Source of the DNA: Rhynchopus sp. YZ270_cl-10
Taxonomy: Eukaryota
Length of the DNA: 64,000 nucleotides
NCBI GenBank assembly: GCA_964035575.1
Contig: OZ037848.1
Location: 124,001-188,000, forward strand
Reading direction: 5' to 3'
The first letter of the stretch is position 1, and every line of letters begins with the position of its first letter. Below, piece after piece: positions 60,172 to 64,000 of the stretch. Both the position numbers and the translations under genes were made by a program. Under the pieces are notes generated by a model. That model made no database searches. It was not told where the DNA came from and saw only the letters and a program-made list of their open reading frames with translations.

Positions 60172-60313
60172 GTTTACTTGAAATACAAATCCCTCTCGTG
60201 ACAGTGTCCGATGGACACCCAACCATGCAGTCCTACATCCATTTCGTTCTGATATGTGCTACTCCCGCTTCCACTCATCAGTCAGATGAACCGGGATCAT
60301 TGCAAACACAGGG
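60172..60313 (-). repeat. Dispersed repeat copy B containing a hammerhead-like core and a hairpin motif
   Basis: Aligns with 37041-37222; CTGATGA at 60275-60281 and GAAA at 60242-60245 on the minus strand. Confidence 0.8.
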
Positions 60314-60942
60314 GGAAAAAAAACGCTGTCTGGTGTGGGGGGAGGAGATGGTGAGAGAAGAAAAAAAAAGGGGGAGTAAAGAGGTACTTTTATAGAGAGT
60401 TATGCTTCTGCTACAAATGCGGGCAGCACCATGACTTTGTGAGATACATATTTTTTTTTTTTGTTCGCTTTTTATTGTGACTCACTTTTAAAGGGGATTT
60501 AGACCCCTTGACAACCCCCCCTCCCTCCCTCCTGCACCATAGTCCCAAATATTCCTTTCAGAGACCATGTTCCAGAACAAATGGAACCATATTTTATTGA
60601 AAAAACAATTCTTTCTCTGAAGAAACCCCAAAATAATCCCCAAAGAAATAAAATAAAAAAAGATAAAAAATAATGTGTGACAGTATCCTTGCTATGCACA
60701 CATCTGAATAGAGTTGACTGACTTTTCGGGGAGAAGAGAACAAATGAAAAAAAAAAAAACAGGGCGCTTTCGTTTTTGCAGCTCACACCAGGTTTTTCGC
60801 TGTGTTCTTTCCCCTGAAGTCGAGTGCGTGTGGAAAAAAAAAACAACAACAACAACAAAACAAAACTGTCAGTGGGCACTGACCGGTCCGGTTCTATGTC
60901 CTAATGTAAATAAGTTGACAAAAATAAAGGGAAGCCTAGCAA

Positions 60943-60972
60943 AGATGAATGTGACTTTCGTGCACACACATC
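60943..60972 (-). promoter_or_regulatory. Intergenic GNRA hairpin motif copy
   Basis: Minus: GATG-TG-TGTG-CA-C-GAAA-G-T-CACA-TT-CATCT. Confidence 0.65.
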
Positions 60973-62659
60973 GAATAATGTTGACTTGAAATACAAAGCC
61001 TTCTTGTGGCAGTGTACCAAAAGAAAAAGTTGGGAAGGTGAACCTTGAGGCACTCACATCACTTAGTCACCCCTAACACGACTGACAAAAAAATGCAAAA
61101 TATGTCCGTTCAGCTTGATTAGATCTCGACAGTTGTTGCATTGCACGCTTGGGGTGTCTGATCTATCTGTGTGGCGGTTTTATTCATTCCCCCTAACACG
61201 CCATGGTTGGTCAGTACCTGCCTCTCAAGCAAAAAAAGAAGAAAAAAAAAAAACAAACGTGCTTCTAGCGCACCCACATCATATCACTTTAAAAATATGC
61301 TACATTTTCACAAAAAAAAAATGCTCTGGATGTATCGTTGTCTGTAGGGTAAAAGTATGGTATTTTGGTAGTATCTACAGTCAAACTCATTGAGGAAGGG
61401 TTTCCCTTTCGGTACACACAAAATCACATGAAGGTTAATTTTGAATGTACTTTTCAGTTCAGGAGAAAGCAAACTGGAAGAATAGGCTTCTCATGCCCAA
61501 TAGTAGCGAAGGTGGCACCGCAGCGCTTTTTGTTCTGCCTCTTAAAAATAAAAGCCAAAAGAGAGAAAAGGAGTTAGTACGATGATCTTAAGCTTCGGTA
61601 CTGCTTAAGTCATCAAACAAACAAAAATCAACAACTCTAACAACTGCGAAGCCTTTTACAATATACTACACATTTTTTTGGTTTTCGATCAGTGTTATCA
61701 AGAATGATGCTACATCGGGGTGAAGACATCATCCTAAAGTAAATAATAAAACAAGGGAGCTACGCAGGAAATTTTCCCAAAAAATAAAGTAAAAGAGAGT
61801 CAGTGGGTGTTCATTTACCCTCAAATACCCCAAATAAAAAACACCAAAGGTGCTGCGAAATAGCGGGGGGAGGGAGGAGGGGTCAGGAACACGAGAGAAC
61901 TAAAAGTGAAGGGTGAAAAAGAAGAGAAAAAAAAATACCTATTGCAAAGGAGAGTTGGTGAGCCTCGCGTGATTTGTCATAAAAAAAAACAGGAGAAACT
62001 TGAAAGATGGGTGAGTACACATACACATCTGTCTCGCTTGGTCACCTTAAAAAAAGAGTAGTTGAAATGTGCTAAAAGTTTAAAAACGCATCTCAGCCGA
62101 GATCATGCAAAATATAAAGCTGAACGATGAATATGCCTCACGTACATACTAATACACATCTGAAAAAAAATAACGAAAACCCATGAAGCGCTTCAAAATG
62201 ACTCAAAATATACAGCAAAAAAAAAAAAACACTTCTCTATTTGGCAGCAGGCCCCCCTTGGTTACCCACGGGGTTGATCGAACTTTGCAAGAGCGCACAT
62301 TTTTTTCCTGATTTTTCCCAGAAAAGAAGAAGTCAGTATTGCAATGTTAGAACTTCAACATAACGCCTCTTTTCCACAAAAAAAACCAAAGCATTGCTAC
62401 GATCTTTTTTTTTGCCCTGCAACCTCAAAAAAAAAAATTCTATTTTTTGAAAAACTTGGTTGTATTAGCGAAGACACCCTAGAGTGTGCTCCACTACATT
62501 TTTTATCGAACAGTCTGGGTTCTTTGTATGTAGCGCCCTGAGGTACCTTTTTGATATCCGTATTTTGGCCCAGAAAAATGGGTGAGTTGTGCTACGGGGA
62601 GGTTTCTATCCATTCAGAAGCAAATATTTCGAGAGGGGAAAAATAAAGAAAAGTTTATA

Positions 62660-62692
62660 AGATGATCCTAAGCCTCTCGTGCTTAGTCACCT
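62660..62692 (-). promoter_or_regulatory. Intergenic GNRA hairpin motif copy
   Basis: Minus: AGGTGA-CTAAGC-A-C-GAGA-G-GCTTAG-GA-TCATCT-TATAAACTTTTCTTT; matches the 8886-8933 copy at 46 of 48 nt. Confidence 0.75.
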
Positions 62693-63596
62693 TAGTTAAA
62701 TAAAAACGCCGGTGTCGCGCTTTTTTACCCTGTTCTGACCGCCCCTAGAGGCACATAATACACTGCTCCCAGTTTTTTTCCCCCTCAACCACAGGTACCC
62801 AACGAGGAGGGTTGTGGGGGAAACTAGGGATTGGTCTTCTAATGCATGACTAGGAGGGGTGTCTACACAACTACAAGATTTTCAGAGAAAAATACAACAA
62901 AAAAAAAAACAAAAAAATAAACCAACGCTGTGCGAATGAACTGAACTGAACACACAAAAAATTTATATAAACTAAACTCCACACAGCTTGGAGACCAAAC
63001 TACTTAAAAAAAAACGCATACTTTGTGAACGGAAAGCTTCCCGCTCACCACTGCTTTCCGCTAAAACTACCACCCCACAGTGTGGAGGTAGTGTGGAAGC
63101 ATCAACGCATCAAACAATAGATATGAGGAAACGGCAAACACTTTGGTGCTGGTAAACAAGGTGGATAGCGTGAGAGCAGAGCCGGCCAGAGTGACAGATC
63201 CTTTCGTCATATTCGAGCATGACAATGGACCTGTCAATCAACGCACGTTTGAACGAAACATAAAACCCCATCACCATGCCACCCTAATCATCATTGTCAA
63301 CACCCCCTCACTTCCACCTGCAAAAACTCCTTCCCTCTTATCCCTCTCGCACCTCAGAGGAGAAGATCTCCTACAGACGAAACAGTTAAAAAAGGGGGAA
63401 AATAAACCTAAAGCCTCACCGCCTCGCGTCACCTAGAAAAAGAAAACACATCTAAGAACTCCAAAAAGGGAAAATAAACCCCGATTTGCCCCCCTTTTTC
63501 AAAAAAAAAACCCCCAGAATCTAATTATAACCCCTTTTTTCACCTCAATTTCTGTCAAAGTTTCAACTCGGTTTTATCTTGTATCATTCCAACTAT

Positions 63597-64000
63597 CTAC
63601 AAAACAGTTCTCATATTCCTGAACGACGGCGACCCGGGGTTGAGCGAGCGAGGAATGGGGAGCTGTCGTGTTGGCGAGAGAGGCGAGGCTATGGGGAAGG
63701 CAGACGCTGGCGGGCTTGAAGATGCACCGCGCAGCACGTCGCCTGCTGAGGAGAGGAGCTGGCGGGAGGGGTCCATGTGTGCTGTGCGGAAGGCTGACAG
63801 CGCAGAGGTGCCCAAGAGGGAAGGAACGTTGCCCCTATCCCCGGTCCCGGTCAGCAGCACCTCCCTGGCGTGGCGCATCTTGGAGCTCTCGGGTGAAGGG
63901 CTGGGCTCCTTTTTTTTCTTCTTCTTTGACTTTGGCGTTTTTTGTGTTTTCGGTGTCTGTGGTGAGGGAGGAAGCGCGCGATTAATCACCGCCGTCAGCG
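63597..64000 (-). CDS. 3' end of a gene running in from beyond the window (Lys/Pro/Ser-rich)
   Basis: Frame is open from the window edge to the TAG at 63597; GC-rich like the other CDS. Confidence 0.5.
   Translation of the reverse strand, partial: LTAVINRALPPSPQTPKTQKTPKSKKKKKKEPSPSPESSKMRHAREVLLTGTGDRGNVPSLLGTSALSAFRTAHMDPSRQLLSSAGDVLRGASSSPPASAFPIASPLSPTRQLPIPRSLNPGSPSFRNMRTVL

Overview
Eukaryotic protist DNA, most consistent with a euglenozoan such as a diplonemid (inference). All ~13 credible protein genes lie on the minus strand in one co-directional cluster, and several carry short GT-AG introns. Genes: arylsulfatase with a PAN-like tail, a coiled-coil/EF-hand-like protein, a 5-exon two-thioredoxin PDI, a ~3,430-aa NADAR-like/ankyrin/polycystin-2-type channel, an M28 aminopeptidase, a repeat-built type I surface protein, casein kinase 1, ASNSD1, a DHHC-like acyltransferase, a PTB-like RRM protein and several hypotheticals. 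Non-coding content: two long microsatellites, a 12.4-kb array of 30.5 apparently identical 406-bp units with GC hairpins at its left junction, a 1.6-kb foldback palindrome, and two MITE-like copies. The most striking unexplained signal is a ~30-nt hairpin family (often with a GNRA tetraloop) that shows compensatory stem changes and G-U pairs on the transcribed strand. It recurs more than 15 times across most intergenic spacers, usually 5' of a pyrimidine-rich tract. Two copies sit just 3' of a degenerate hammerhead-ribozyme-like core. All calls were made by eye from the sequence; no searches were run.
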